Assembly (NCBI GenBank): GCA_035399325.1
Contig: DAOPIV010000001.1
Span: 1 to 30,145, forward strand
Direction of reading: 5' to 3'
Length of the DNA stretch: 30,145 bases
Origin: Clostridia bacterium
GTDB lineage: Bacteria > Bacillota > Clostridia > Christensenellales > CAG-314
Shown here: positions 16,929-25,394 of the stretch, in pieces
Position numbering within the stretch: position 1 is the stretch's first letter
Layout of the letters: each line of letters begins with the position of its first letter
Made by a program: the position numbers and the translations under genes
The notes under the pieces: generated by a model
Seen by the model: the letters and a program-made list of their open reading frames with translations, nothing else
Told to the model about the DNA's origin: nothing
The model's database searches: none

Positions 16929-18461
16929 CTACATAAGCGGGGCAAACATACGCAAAAACCGATGCCAAAAAGAGCGTACTTTGCCTTTTTTTACTTCGCT
17001 TAGTGTGACTTCATGACTTTTTTCAAACGTTTTAAAAAAGTCTTCATGTATTTTTTTACAAACTTCGCCGCCGTCTATATACACTCCGCATTCCAAATGC
17101 AAAAACAAACTGCGATAATCAAGATTACACGTTCCGACATAGGCTGCGTTAGTATCGGCAAGTGCTACCTTGCTGTGGATAAAGCCGTCCGTATATTCGT
17201 ATACCTTTATTCCGTTTTCCACAAGCTCGGAGTAAAAAACTTTTGTCAGCTCGAAAACAATTTTTTTGTCGGGTATATGCGGAACTACTATTCTCACATC
17301 CACACCGCTTTTCTGTGCCGTTATTAACGCAGTACGCATCTCGTTGTCTATGATAAGATATGGAGTAAAAAAGTAGACGTATTTTTCCGCACTGTAAATT
17401 AGTTGGAGGTACATATCTTCAGTTACGTTTTCTTTGTCCGACGGCATATCTGTAAAAGGAATTATTGCCGTTTTTCCAACGCTATTTTCCGTGTCCGTTT
17501 TTTCATTAACCAATCCCAAAAAAGAAGCGTAGTTACGAACTTCGAAACGCATATTCCACAGCTTCAAAAATGCAAGAGTAAAAGTATCCACCCCTTTGCC
17601 CGTAAACATTATTCCCGCATCCTTCCAATGCCCAAAAGGCTGTATCCTGTTTACATATTCGTCCGCAATATTCACGCCGCCCGTAAAAGCGGTAAATCCG
17701 TCAATGATAACCATTTTTCTATGCGTGCGATTATTCATTTGGACGTTAAACAACGGTCGATAGGGATTGAATTTATATGTTTTGATACCTATTTTTCTTA
17801 AATCTCTTGCCAAAGATCTGGGAGCTGTGGATTGACTGCCTAAGTCATCGTAAATAAGTCTTACATCTACCCCGTGGCAAGCTTTGTACTCCAAAATTTT
17901 TTTGATTTCATCCCAAAGCGTGCCTTCGTCGATAATAAAAAATTCCAAAAATATAAATTTTTCAGCTTTTTTAAGGCAATGTATAAGCCGTTCAAAATAT
18001 TTCTCTCCGCTGTCAAAATACTCCACATTTTGGGAAACAGCTGCGGGGGCATATGCGCTGGCAAATATTTTTTTCGCTTGTTTCTTTGCGGAATTTGACA
18101 AGCTTTTGACTAAAGCATTGTCTTGTATCAAATATTTTTTCATTGCCATTTCACTGCGTTCCAAAAGTTTACGGTTCTTGTGCGACAAGGCGTGTCTTCG
18201 CAAAAGCAAATAAATAGACATTCCAAAAATCGGTACAGTCAAAATTGGGATAATCCAAGCAATCTTGTAGGCAGGATTCATAGGTCTATCCAAAATGTAA
18301 ATGACAAAAATCAAAGCAATCGCTCTTACCGCTATGTTTACCAATGGCAAATTTTCAGCCAAATAAAAAGCGAATACAATAATATACGCTATTTGCACAA
18401 GCAGTAAAAGCGTAAACCATATAAAATTTTTGCTAATTAATGTTTTTAATTTTCTCATCAC
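16929..18461 (-). CDS. cls: Cardiolipin synthase
   Basis: Two N-terminal TM helices, AWIIPIL, two PLD HKD motifs (RTHRKMVIIDG, FIHSKVALAD), WKDAGI, GTCNLDYRSL. Confidence 0.95.
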   Translation of the reverse strand: MMRKLKTLISKNFIWFTLLLLVQIAYIIVFAFYLAENLPLVNIAVRAIALIFVIYILDRPMNPAYKIAWIIPILTVPIFGMSIYLLLRRHALSHKNRKLLERSEMAMKKYLIQDNALVKSLSNSAKKQAKKIFASAYAPAAVSQNVEYFDSGEKYFERLIHCLKKAEKFIFLEFFIIDEGTLWDEIKKILEYKACHGVDVRLIYDDLGSQSTAPRSLARDLRKIGIKTYKFNPYRPLFNVQMNNRTHRKMVIIDGFTAFTGGVNIADEYVNRIQPFGHWKDAGIMFTGKGVDTFTLAFLKLWNMRFEVRNYASFLGLVNEKTDTENSVGKTAIIPFTDMPSDKENVTEDMYLQLIYSAEKYVYFFTPYLIIDNEMRTALITAQKSGVDVRIVVPHIPDKKIVFELTKVFYSELVENGIKVYEYTDGFIHSKVALADTNAAYVGTCNLDYRSLFLHLECGVYIDGGEVCKKIHEDFFKTFEKSHEVTLSEVKKGKVRSFWHRFLRMFAPLM

Positions 18462-18493
18462 TAAACCGTCGCTTTTTTAGTTTGCGACAAAAT

Positions 18494-18549
18494 AAAAATA
18501 ATGCGTCGGAAAAATACAAATTTACTTTTCGACGCATTTATTTTTTTTG
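18494..18549. terminator. Hairpin terminator after the FAH-family gene, T-rich on both sides
   Basis: ATGCGTCG (18501-18508) / CGACGCAT (18530-18537), extended by GAAAA/TTTT. Confidence 0.7.
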
Positions 18550-19302
18550 TTATTCAGCTATTACTGTATTTTTGATAGAACCTATTTTTTCAATTTTTAT
18601 TTCTATTGTGTCGCCGGGATGAATTTCCCCAACTCCTCGTGGCGTGCCGGTCAATATTACATCACCTTGATTAAGAGTCATAACCTCGCTTACCCATTCT
18701 ATAATGGCTGGAATATCGTTGATTAAATCTCTTGTATTACCGCTTTGCACCACATTGCCGTTAAGCACTGCCTCAACTTGCACATTGCCGGCGTCAATAT
18801 CAGTGACCAAATACGAACCTATCGGGCAAAATGTGTCATATCCTTTTGCTCTCGTCCACTGTCCGTCTTGTTTTTGGAAATTTCTTTCCGAAATATCGTT
18901 TGCGCAAGTATAACCAAAAATATATTCCATTGCGTCTTTTCTTTTCACTTTGTGACATTTTTTGCCGATAACCACTGCCAGTTCCGCTTCGTAATGAAGC
19001 ACACTTGCGGCACTAGGATAAATAATTTTGCCGTCTGGTTCGAGCATTGCGGTAAGCGGTTTCATAAACATAATAGGGCATACGGGCTTGTCGTGTTTCA
19101 TTTCTTCCATATGAGATAGATAATTTACACCCAAAGCCAATATTTTTGTCGGCTCAACAGGACAAAGAAGTTTGTCGATTTTTGTTTCGTTTTCGCTTAC
19201 TTCATATTTGCCGTAAATATCGCCTTTTACCATAAAGTATTTGCCGTCAACAACTTGAAAATATTTAGCTTCACCATTAGCTTCCGCTCTTGCAAAAATC
19301 AT
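18550..19302 (-). CDS. Fumarylacetoacetate hydrolase (FAH) family protein
   Basis: PTKILALGVNY, FMKP, HYEAELAVVIG, GYTCANDISER, QWTRAKGYDTFCPIG, GDVILTGTPRGVG; AGGAG RBS. Confidence 0.93.
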   Translation of the reverse strand: MIFARAEANGEAKYFQVVDGKYFMVKGDIYGKYEVSENETKIDKLLCPVEPTKILALGVNYLSHMEEMKHDKPVCPIMFMKPLTAMLEPDGKIIYPSAASVLHYEAELAVVIGKKCHKVKRKDAMEYIFGYTCANDISERNFQKQDGQWTRAKGYDTFCPIGSYLVTDIDAGNVQVEAVLNGNVVQSGNTRDLINDIPAIIEWVSEVMTLNQGDVILTGTPRGVGEIHPGDTIEIKIEKIGSIKNTVIAE

Positions 19303-19340
19303 AAAATTTCTCCTAACAAAGTTTTTTTGTGACTAGCTTT

Positions 19341-19369
19341 ATCATATTTATTTTTTACAAAAGTGTCAA
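19341..19369 (-). promoter_or_regulatory. Promoter of the FAH-family gene
   Basis: TTGACA-17 nt-TATGAT. Confidence 0.8.
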
Positions 19370-19455
19370 GTTTATTTGCCTCACCTTTTATTCATCCCTT
19401 AGATAACCAGTCTAAAGAACATAAAAGAAAAAATCTGTAACATAAACGACATATG

Positions 19456-19484
19456 TTGACAAATAAACATTTATATTGTATATT
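19456..19484 (+). promoter_or_regulatory. Promoter of the TetR gene
   Basis: TTGACA-17 nt-TATATT. Confidence 0.8.
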
Positions 19485-19544
19485 ACGCTTAACTAAAATT
19501 ACCGCTTTAAGCGACATTTTTTTAATAATAGTCTATAAAAGGAT

Positions 19545-20120
19545 ATGGGTAAAATGATAAAAACAGACAGACGAGCAAGAAGGACACGTGCTGCGATAAG
19601 CGAAGCTTTTATAAAGCTGCTAAATAAAAAAGAAATTTCAAAAATAACGGTACGGGAAATCACCGAACTGGCTGATATTAACAGAGCGACTTTTTATTTG
19701 CATTACACTGATATTTATCAGGTTTTGGAAGAAATCGAAAACGAGCTTGCATCTGCGTTTTTCGATCTAGCCGATAAATTCGACACAAAAGACCTCATAC
19801 GTGACCCGTATCCGATACTCAAAGCTGTGGGTGACGGCATAGAAGGAAGACCGCTATTTGCAAAATTTATTCTAAACACTGCCACAAGCTCAAATTACTT
19901 TATGAAAATAAAAACAGAATTAAAACGCCGAATAATAGCTATCTACGACACTGAAATGGCGAGCGAGCTTTATTACGCTCTGACCTTTACCATTGCGGGT
20001 ACTCTTGACTCTTATGAAGAATGGTTTGAAAACAATAAACCTATTCCTCTGGAAACCCTTTGCAAAAATATGAGTAAATTTATTGCCGGCGGCGTGAAAT
20101 CTATTATCGGCGAAATTTAA
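19545..20120 (+). CDS. TetR/AcrR-family transcriptional regulator
   Basis: DRRARRTRAAISEAFIKLL, ITVREITELADINRATFYLHY HTH. True start may be ATG 19554 (better spacing from AAGGA). Confidence 0.93.
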   Translation: MGKMIKTDRRARRTRAAISEAFIKLLNKKEISKITVREITELADINRATFYLHYTDIYQVLEEIENELASAFFDLADKFDTKDLIRDPYPILKAVGDGIEGRPLFAKFILNTATSSNYFMKIKTELKRRIIAIYDTEMASELYYALTFTIAGTLDSYEEWFENNKPIPLETLCKNMSKFIAGGVKSIIGEI

Positions 20121-20190
20121 TTTTTTTGATTTGATTTCTTACATTCATAAAATCAAAAATTTAATTATTTAAAGGTTTCATTTTATAAAT

Positions 20191-20223
20191 AAAAAACGCC
20201 TTGCACGAAGCAGGGCGTTTTTT
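20191..20223. terminator. Bidirectional terminator between convergent TetR and CoA-transferase genes
   Basis: AAAAAACGCCTTGC-ACGAA-GCAGGGCGTTTTTT. Confidence 0.9.
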
Positions 20224-20240
20224 TGATTATTATTAAAATA

Positions 20241-21539
20241 TTATTTTATCAAACCAAGTTCGATAGCCTGTTTTCTAAGTTCTTCTCTAAAATCGGGATG
20301 TGCAATAGAAATCATAGCTTCCGCTCTTTGTGCGATATTTTTGCCACGTAGGTTCACCATACCGTATTCCGTCGCAATATATTGAACGTCATTACGATGC
20401 AAGCTCACGACTGCGCCGGGCTTCAACTGCGGTACGATTTTACTGGTGGCTACTCTTACGCCTTCAGCGTTTTTGACCATGGCGGTAGAATACATTACCA
20501 TAAATGATTTTCCGCCCTCTGACCTTTGAGAACCGTATGCTGTGTCTGATTGTCCGCCCGTTCCGCTAAACTGTCTGGAACCTATTGACTCCGAGCAGCA
20601 TTGTCCCGTAAGGTCTATTTCGATAGACGAGTTAACGGAAATTTGGTTGTCAAGCTGAGCGAGAGTGAATACGCTGTTTGTATAGCTTGCTTCTCTAAGC
20701 AAAACATCCGGATTGTGGTCAATAAATTTATTAACTTTTTCCGTACCATCGGTAATAGCCATAACAATCTTACCTGTGTCAACTCCCTTTTTGCTGCCGT
20801 CAACTGCACCGCATAAAGCAAGGTCAACCAAACCTTCGCCTAGTAATTCCGTGTGAATGCCCAAATGTTTTTTTGTACGCAAAAGTCTGGAAACAGCGTT
20901 GGGAATTCCTCCGATACCGATTTGCAGACAATCGCCGTCATTGATTTGGTCAGCGATAAGTTTACCGATAATTTCATCTCGTGGGTCTTCGGGAGCTGTT
21001 GGAATTTCGGGAATTTGGTGATCATATTCGATAACATAATCAACATCGTCAAGAGTAAATTCTGTATCGCCGTATGTGTACGGCATATATTTATTTACTT
21101 CGGCAATAATGATTTTTGATGATTTCATCAAAGTTTTTGAATGTAAAGCTGATAATCCCATCGACATTTTTCCATTTTCGTCGGGGCGTGTTGCCGCCAC
21201 TACAAAAATATCAATATCGCCCGAGGCAAGCATCGCAATGCCAGCACGTGACAAATGCGTCGGAACGTAATAAACTTTCGGGTTAGCAACGCCTCTCGTT
21301 GCTTTTGTCATAAATATTTCGTTGGTGGTGAATGTGGGGTTTGGAACATCCAAAAACGGGAATTTTTCCGCCATACGGCAGCACCAAAAATCAACGTTTT
21401 TTGTTGTGTCGTTGATTTTGTGAAATTGCGACATAAAACCGTAGGGAGTGCATTGACCTTCGCTCACGGCTACTTTGTAATTGTCTTTTACCAAAGCTAT
21501 CGCTTGGTCGATTGTAATAAGTTTATCTTTATAATTCAT
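20241..21539 (-). CDS. Acetyl-CoA hydrolase/transferase family (4-hydroxybutyrate CoA-transferase-like) acyl-CoA transferase
   Basis: AEVNKYMPYTYGD, LQIGIGGIP, HLGIHTELL (catalytic Glu region), SIEIDLTGQ, SGTGGQSD, IATEYG, ISIAHPDFREEL. Confidence 0.92.
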   Translation of the reverse strand: MNYKDKLITIDQAIALVKDNYKVAVSEGQCTPYGFMSQFHKINDTTKNVDFWCCRMAEKFPFLDVPNPTFTTNEIFMTKATRGVANPKVYYVPTHLSRAGIAMLASGDIDIFVVAATRPDENGKMSMGLSALHSKTLMKSSKIIIAEVNKYMPYTYGDTEFTLDDVDYVIEYDHQIPEIPTAPEDPRDEIIGKLIADQINDGDCLQIGIGGIPNAVSRLLRTKKHLGIHTELLGEGLVDLALCGAVDGSKKGVDTGKIVMAITDGTEKVNKFIDHNPDVLLREASYTNSVFTLAQLDNQISVNSSIEIDLTGQCCSESIGSRQFSGTGGQSDTAYGSQRSEGGKSFMVMYSTAMVKNAEGVRVATSKIVPQLKPGAVVSLHRNDVQYIATEYGMVNLRGKNIAQRAEAMISIAHPDFREELRKQAIELGLIK

Positions 21540-21554
21540 AACTACGCTCCTTTT

Positions 21555-22079
21555 TTAGAGATTGTAACCCGCTTCAAACGCTTTTTTGATATTGTCTGCG
21601 CCTTTCTTTCCTTCAAACTGGTGCATCAATGCGTTTAATGCGGTATCCTTTGCCACTACGCCGCCTAGTTTTACAAATGCTCCAAACATAACAATGTTTG
21701 CCGAGCGTGCGCTGCCAAGTTCAAGCGCTATTGTGTTTGCCTTGATATATTTGACTGTTACATCGTCACGATTGACTTTTCTGTCAATCAAGTCGCTGTT
21801 AACCAAAATCAAACCGCCTTTCTCCACTTTGCTTTCAAACTTGTCTAAACTCGGAGTATTCATAACGATGAGTATATTTGGTTTTGTGATAAGCGGTGAT
21901 GCAACGGGTTTATCGCTCAATACTACCGAACAGTTCGCAGTACCGCCACGCATTTCAGGACCATAACTCGGAAGCCATGTTACTTCAAAATTTTGTTCCA
22001 TACCGGCGTAAACCATAAATTTACCCAAAGACAAAATACCTTGTCCGCCGAAACCGGCGCAAATAATTTTACTTTCCAT
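21555..22079 (-). CDS. 2-oxoacid:ferredoxin oxidoreductase gamma subunit
   Basis: AGFGGQGIL, PSYGPEMRGGTANCSV, NIVMFGA; TAATG overlap with the beta subunit. Confidence 0.93.
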   Translation of the reverse strand: MESKIICAGFGGQGILSLGKFMVYAGMEQNFEVTWLPSYGPEMRGGTANCSVVLSDKPVASPLITKPNILIVMNTPSLDKFESKVEKGGLILVNSDLIDRKVNRDDVTVKYIKANTIALELGSARSANIVMFGAFVKLGGVVAKDTALNALMHQFEGKKGADNIKKAFEAGYNL

Positions 22080-22822
22080 TATTTGTCACCTCCGATATCT
22101 TTGTAAACACCAAGCGGATAATTAGCAGCCATTTCGTTTTTCACATGTTGCATAGCATCGGGAGGATTCATACCCCAGTTTGTAGGGCATGCAGCCAAGA
22201 TTTCAACCATAGTGAAACCTTTGCCTGCCATTTGGTATTCGAAAGCTTTTTTGATGGCTTTTTTTGTTTTTAGTATATTCGCATAATCGCATACCATAGT
22301 CCGTTCAATATAAGCAGGTCCGCTTTGTGTAGCAAGCATTTCGCACATTTTTATGGGGTTGCCTTGTTTTTTGACATCTCTTCCAAAGGGGCTTGTGCTT
22401 GTTTTTTGTCCGATCAAAGTAGTAGGTGCCATTTGTCCGCCCGTCATTCCATAAATTGCGTTATTGATGAAAATAACGGTAATGTTTTCGCCTCTTAGTC
22501 CTGCGTGTACGATTTCTGCCAAGCCAATACTTGCCAAATCACCGTCGCCTTGATAGGTGAAAACTATTTTATCTGGATGCACTCTTTTTATACCTGTTGC
22601 CACAGCGGGAGCTCTGCCGTGAGCCGCTTGCTGTGAATCACAGTTGAAGAAATTGTAACTAAATACCGAACATCCGACAGAAGCGACTTCCACAGTTTTG
22701 CTTTGAAGTCCAAGTTCGTCCAAAACTTCGGCAACTAATTTTGTAGCTATACCGTGTGAACAACCGGGGCAGAAGCTCAGAGTTGCGTCGGTAAGCATTT
22801 TTGGTTTAGTCCATTTTGGCAT
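22079..22822 (-). CDS. 2-oxoacid:ferredoxin oxidoreductase beta (TPP-binding) subunit, VOR-like
   Basis: FCPGCSHG, SVGC, AAHGRAPAVATG, YQGDGDLASIG, NNAIYGMTGGQMAPTT, CPTNWG. Confidence 0.93.
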   Translation of the reverse strand: MPKWTKPKMLTDATLSFCPGCSHGIATKLVAEVLDELGLQSKTVEVASVGCSVFSYNFFNCDSQQAAHGRAPAVATGIKRVHPDKIVFTYQGDGDLASIGLAEIVHAGLRGENITVIFINNAIYGMTGGQMAPTTLIGQKTSTSPFGRDVKKQGNPIKMCEMLATQSGPAYIERTMVCDYANILKTKKAIKKAFEYQMAGKGFTMVEILAACPTNWGMNPPDAMQHVKNEMAANYPLGVYKDIGGDK

Positions 22823-23886
22823 TATTTGATTACCTCCATAACTTTTTCGACAATGTCTTCAGGTGACATTACCTCTCCGCCCATACGGCATAACAAGTCG
22901 ATGGGTTTTTTGCCGTTAACAGCAAGTCGAACGTCTTCGTTGTATTGACCTGCGGAAAGCTCGACAGTCAAAAATCTTTTTACGTTTGGTTTATTTGCCA
23001 CTTCTTCAAAAACTTTTGTAGCAAACGGGAAAAGCGTAGTGGGTCTTATTAAACCTACTTTTACTCCCTTTTCTCTTAATATAGGAAGAGCGGATTTGCA
23101 AATACGTCCAACACTGCCGTATGCGGTCAATACTATTTCCGCATCGTCGCAGTCTATAGCTTCACAAATAACTTCTTTCTTTTCGATTTCACGATATTTT
23201 GCTTGAAGACGGTAGTTTTGTTCCAAACATTCTTCGCTCTTTAAGTAAAGACTGTTGACAATGCGTCTTTCGTCGCCGTAATGCGTGCCTGTGGTAGCCC
23301 AGTCAAATTTTTCTGGATCATTGGGCTGTTTCATCGGAGGAAGCTCAACGGGTTCCATCAGCTGTCCCATCATACCGTCGCCCAAAATGAAAACGGGAAT
23401 ACGGTATTGTTCCGCTTTGTCCCATGCCATATACATAAGGTCTACAGCTTCTTGGATAGTAGCGGGAGCGTATACAAGCAATTTGTAATCGCCGTGTCCG
23501 CCGCCTTTGACAGCCTGAGCATAGTCGGACTGAGCCGGTTGGATACCGCCCAAACCCGGACCCGCTCTTACCATATTTACAACAACAGCGGGAACTTCCG
23601 CCATTGCCATATAAGAAATGCCTTCTTGTTTTAGCGAAATTCCGGGACTTGATGAGCTTGTCATAGCTCTGCCGCCGGCACCGCCTGCTCCGTATACCAT
23701 ATTGATAGCGGCAACTTCGCTTTCGGCTTGGACAAAGTCTCCGCCTACTTCAAACAATCTCCACGAAAGATATTCGGGTATTTCTGTTTGCGGAGTAATA
23801 GGATAGCCAAAGAAAAATCTGCATCCGCCACGTACAGCCGCTTCGGCGATAGCTTCGTTTCCTTTCATCAAAACTTTTTTAGTCAT
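22822..23886 (-). CDS. 2-oxoacid:ferredoxin oxidoreductase alpha subunit, 3-methyl-2-oxobutanoate dehydrogenase (VorB)-like
   Basis: LMKGNEAIAEAA, GYPITPQTE, QAESEVAAINM, TSSSSPGISLKQE, RAGPGLGGIQPAQSDY, KGGGHGDY. Start at ATG 23886 after GGAGG. Confidence 0.92.
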   Translation of the reverse strand: MTKKVLMKGNEAIAEAAVRGGCRFFFGYPITPQTEIPEYLSWRLFEVGGDFVQAESEVAAINMVYGAGGAGGRAMTSSSSPGISLKQEGISYMAMAEVPAVVVNMVRAGPGLGGIQPAQSDYAQAVKGGGHGDYKLLVYAPATIQEAVDLMYMAWDKAEQYRIPVFILGDGMMGQLMEPVELPPMKQPNDPEKFDWATTGTHYGDERRIVNSLYLKSEECLEQNYRLQAKYREIEKKEVICEAIDCDDAEIVLTAYGSVGRICKSALPILREKGVKVGLIRPTTLFPFATKVFEEVANKPNVKRFLTVELSAGQYNEDVRLAVNGKKPIDLLCRMGGEVMSPEDIVEKVMEVIK

Positions 23887-23888
23887 AC

Positions 23889-24086
23889 CTATTTTACCTC
23901 CAAAACACTGTCGGGACAAATGTAAGCGCACGCAGCGCAAGCGATACATTGCTCTTCGTCTATACATTCAACCGCAAAATATCCGCCTCTGTTGCTTTTT
24001 GCTCCCATTTTCAAGATTTTTTTCGGGCAAGCCGTAACGCATAATCCGCATCCCTTGCACTTTTCAAAATCGATTTGAACTTTCAT
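23889..24086 (-). CDS. 2x[4Fe-4S] ferredoxin-type delta subunit
   Basis: CKGCGLCVTACP and CIACAACAYICPD; start at ATG 24086 after GAGGAG overlapping the ilvE stop. Confidence 0.92.
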   Translation of the reverse strand: MKVQIDFEKCKGCGLCVTACPKKILKMGAKSNRGGYFAVECIDEEQCIACAACAYICPDSVLEVK

Positions 24087-24097
24087 TTGATTTCTCC

Positions 24098-25153
24098 TCA
24101 ATCTATAATGGTTAACCAGTCGTATTTGTCAGGATACTTTCTCGTCTGTATTCCACGCAAACGATCATAAGCTGTTTTTGCAACGGGTCCCACTTTATTG
24201 TTGTTAATAACATACTCTTCGCCTTTGTAGCCGATAACGCCAACCGGCGAAACAGTAGCAGCTGTGCCAACGCCGAACATTTCCGTAAGTCTGCCTTCCT
24301 TTGCAGCCTTTATTATATCATCCACAGCAAAATGTCCTTCGTTTACCGTATAGCCTTCGTCACGCAATATTTTTATGATAGAGTGGCGTGTGATACCACG
24401 CAAAATGCTTCCGTCAAGCTCGGGTGTGCAAACAACTCCGTCCATAACAAACATAACGTTCATTGTGCCTACTTCTTCTATATATTTATGCTCTTCAGCG
24501 TCAAGCCACAAAACCTGGTCGAAACCTTGTTGAGCCGACTCGTACTGAGCAAGCAATCCAGCCGCATAGTTACCCATACATTTAGCTTCGCCAGTACCGC
24601 CTTTTGCCGCTCTAACGTATTTGTCTTCGATATATATACGTGCCGTTTCTTCAGATCCGTGCAAGTATGCGCCGACAGGCGACATAACGATAAACAATTT
24701 GTACTCTCTTGAAACATGGACGCCTAAAGCCACCTCGGATGCAATCATTGTTGGACGCAAATACAAAGCTGTGTTCGGCAGTGTGGGCACCCAGTCTTTT
24801 TCGAGTTTTATCATTTCGATAAGAGCTTCCAAAACGACGTTTTCATCAAACTGAGGCATACACATACGGTATGCGCTGCGGTTCATACGTTTGAAATTGT
24901 CCATAATGCGGAACAAAGTAACCTCGCCCTTGTCATTGCGGAAAGCTTTGCAGCCTTCAAAAATACCTTGACCGTAATGCAGACACATTGTCATCGGAGA
25001 CATGTCAAAATTGCTGTATGGTCTTATTACGGGTTCGCCCCATGCTCCGTTAGCATAATCCATCTCCAACAAGTAGTCGGTATGAAGTTTTCCGAAACCC
25101 AACTTAGAGAAATCGGGCTTTTTTTGCAACTTGTCAGCCTTAATAATTTTCAT
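24098..25153 (-). CDS. ilvE: Branched-chain amino acid aminotransferase (class IV PLP)
   Basis: CLHYGQGIFEGCKAFR, LYLRPTMI, GTGEAKCMGNY (PLP Lys), QVLWLD, EEVGTMN, ILRGITRHS, FGVGTAATVSP. Confidence 0.96.
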   Translation of the reverse strand: MKIIKADKLQKKPDFSKLGFGKLHTDYLLEMDYANGAWGEPVIRPYSNFDMSPMTMCLHYGQGIFEGCKAFRNDKGEVTLFRIMDNFKRMNRSAYRMCMPQFDENVVLEALIEMIKLEKDWVPTLPNTALYLRPTMIASEVALGVHVSREYKLFIVMSPVGAYLHGSEETARIYIEDKYVRAAKGGTGEAKCMGNYAAGLLAQYESAQQGFDQVLWLDAEEHKYIEEVGTMNVMFVMDGVVCTPELDGSILRGITRHSIIKILRDEGYTVNEGHFAVDDIIKAAKEGRLTEMFGVGTAATVSPVGVIGYKGEEYVINNNKVGPVAKTAYDRLRGIQTRKYPDKYDWLTIID

Positions 25154-25246
25154 ATCAGATGTGAAACCTCCACTCTTAATAAATGTAAATATTTTTCGCC
25201 GTTGTTTTTTTTACTTAAAAACGCTTTTTTTCTCGCACAAAACCAC

Positions 25247-25271
25247 AAAAAAAACTACTCTTTACGAGTAG
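25247..25271 (-). terminator. Intrinsic terminator in the ilvE leader (candidate attenuator)
   Basis: Minus strand CTACTC-GTAAA-GAGTAG followed by eight T; about 95 nt upstream of the ilvE ATG. Confidence 0.75.
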
Positions 25272-25277
25272 ATAGTC

Positions 25278-25376
25278 TTAACCCTTATTGTTTGGCAAAA
25301 TAATCTTTCCTGTCACCAAAATCAGCGGAAAGATTATAGAAAATAAAAGCATCAAAATAAAAAGACCCAACGTCAT
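25278..25376 (-). CDS. Unannotated 32-aa Leu/Ile-rich ORF MTLGLFILMLLFSIIFPLILVTGKIILPNNKG (candidate leader peptide of the ilvE-vor operon)
   Basis: GAGGT RBS 6 nt before ATG, directly downstream of a TTGACA/TACCAT promoter; 8 Leu, 6 Ile, 1 Val; followed by a terminator. Confidence 0.65.
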   Translation of the reverse strand: MTLGLFILMLLFSIIFPLILVTGKIILPNNKG

Positions 25377-25394
25377 TTTTTTACCTCGTCTATT

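Noticed and set aside
23887-23967. Cys-containing N-terminal extension of the VOR alpha subunit in the ORF track
   Set aside because: It is an alternative frame of the ferredoxin gene; GGAGG supports the ATG at 23886.
2034-24854. The many 60-220 aa ORFs in the track overlapping housekeeping genes (for example 7770..8303, 9316..9966, 16414..16818)
   Set aside because: They lie opposite or out of frame to clearly recognisable genes, with Phe/Ser/Cys-rich shadow composition and no RBS.
24968-25303. Plus-strand 111-aa ORF overlapping the ilvE start and leader, as a possible antisense antitoxin or regulator
   Set aside because: No RBS, no convincing plus-strand promoter, and mostly antisense to ilvE.
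25160-25390. T-box riboswitch upstream of ilvE
   Set aside because: No T-box sequence (AAGGTGGnACC-like), AGGA/GA motifs or long stem I; the region is instead an RBS, ORF and terminator.
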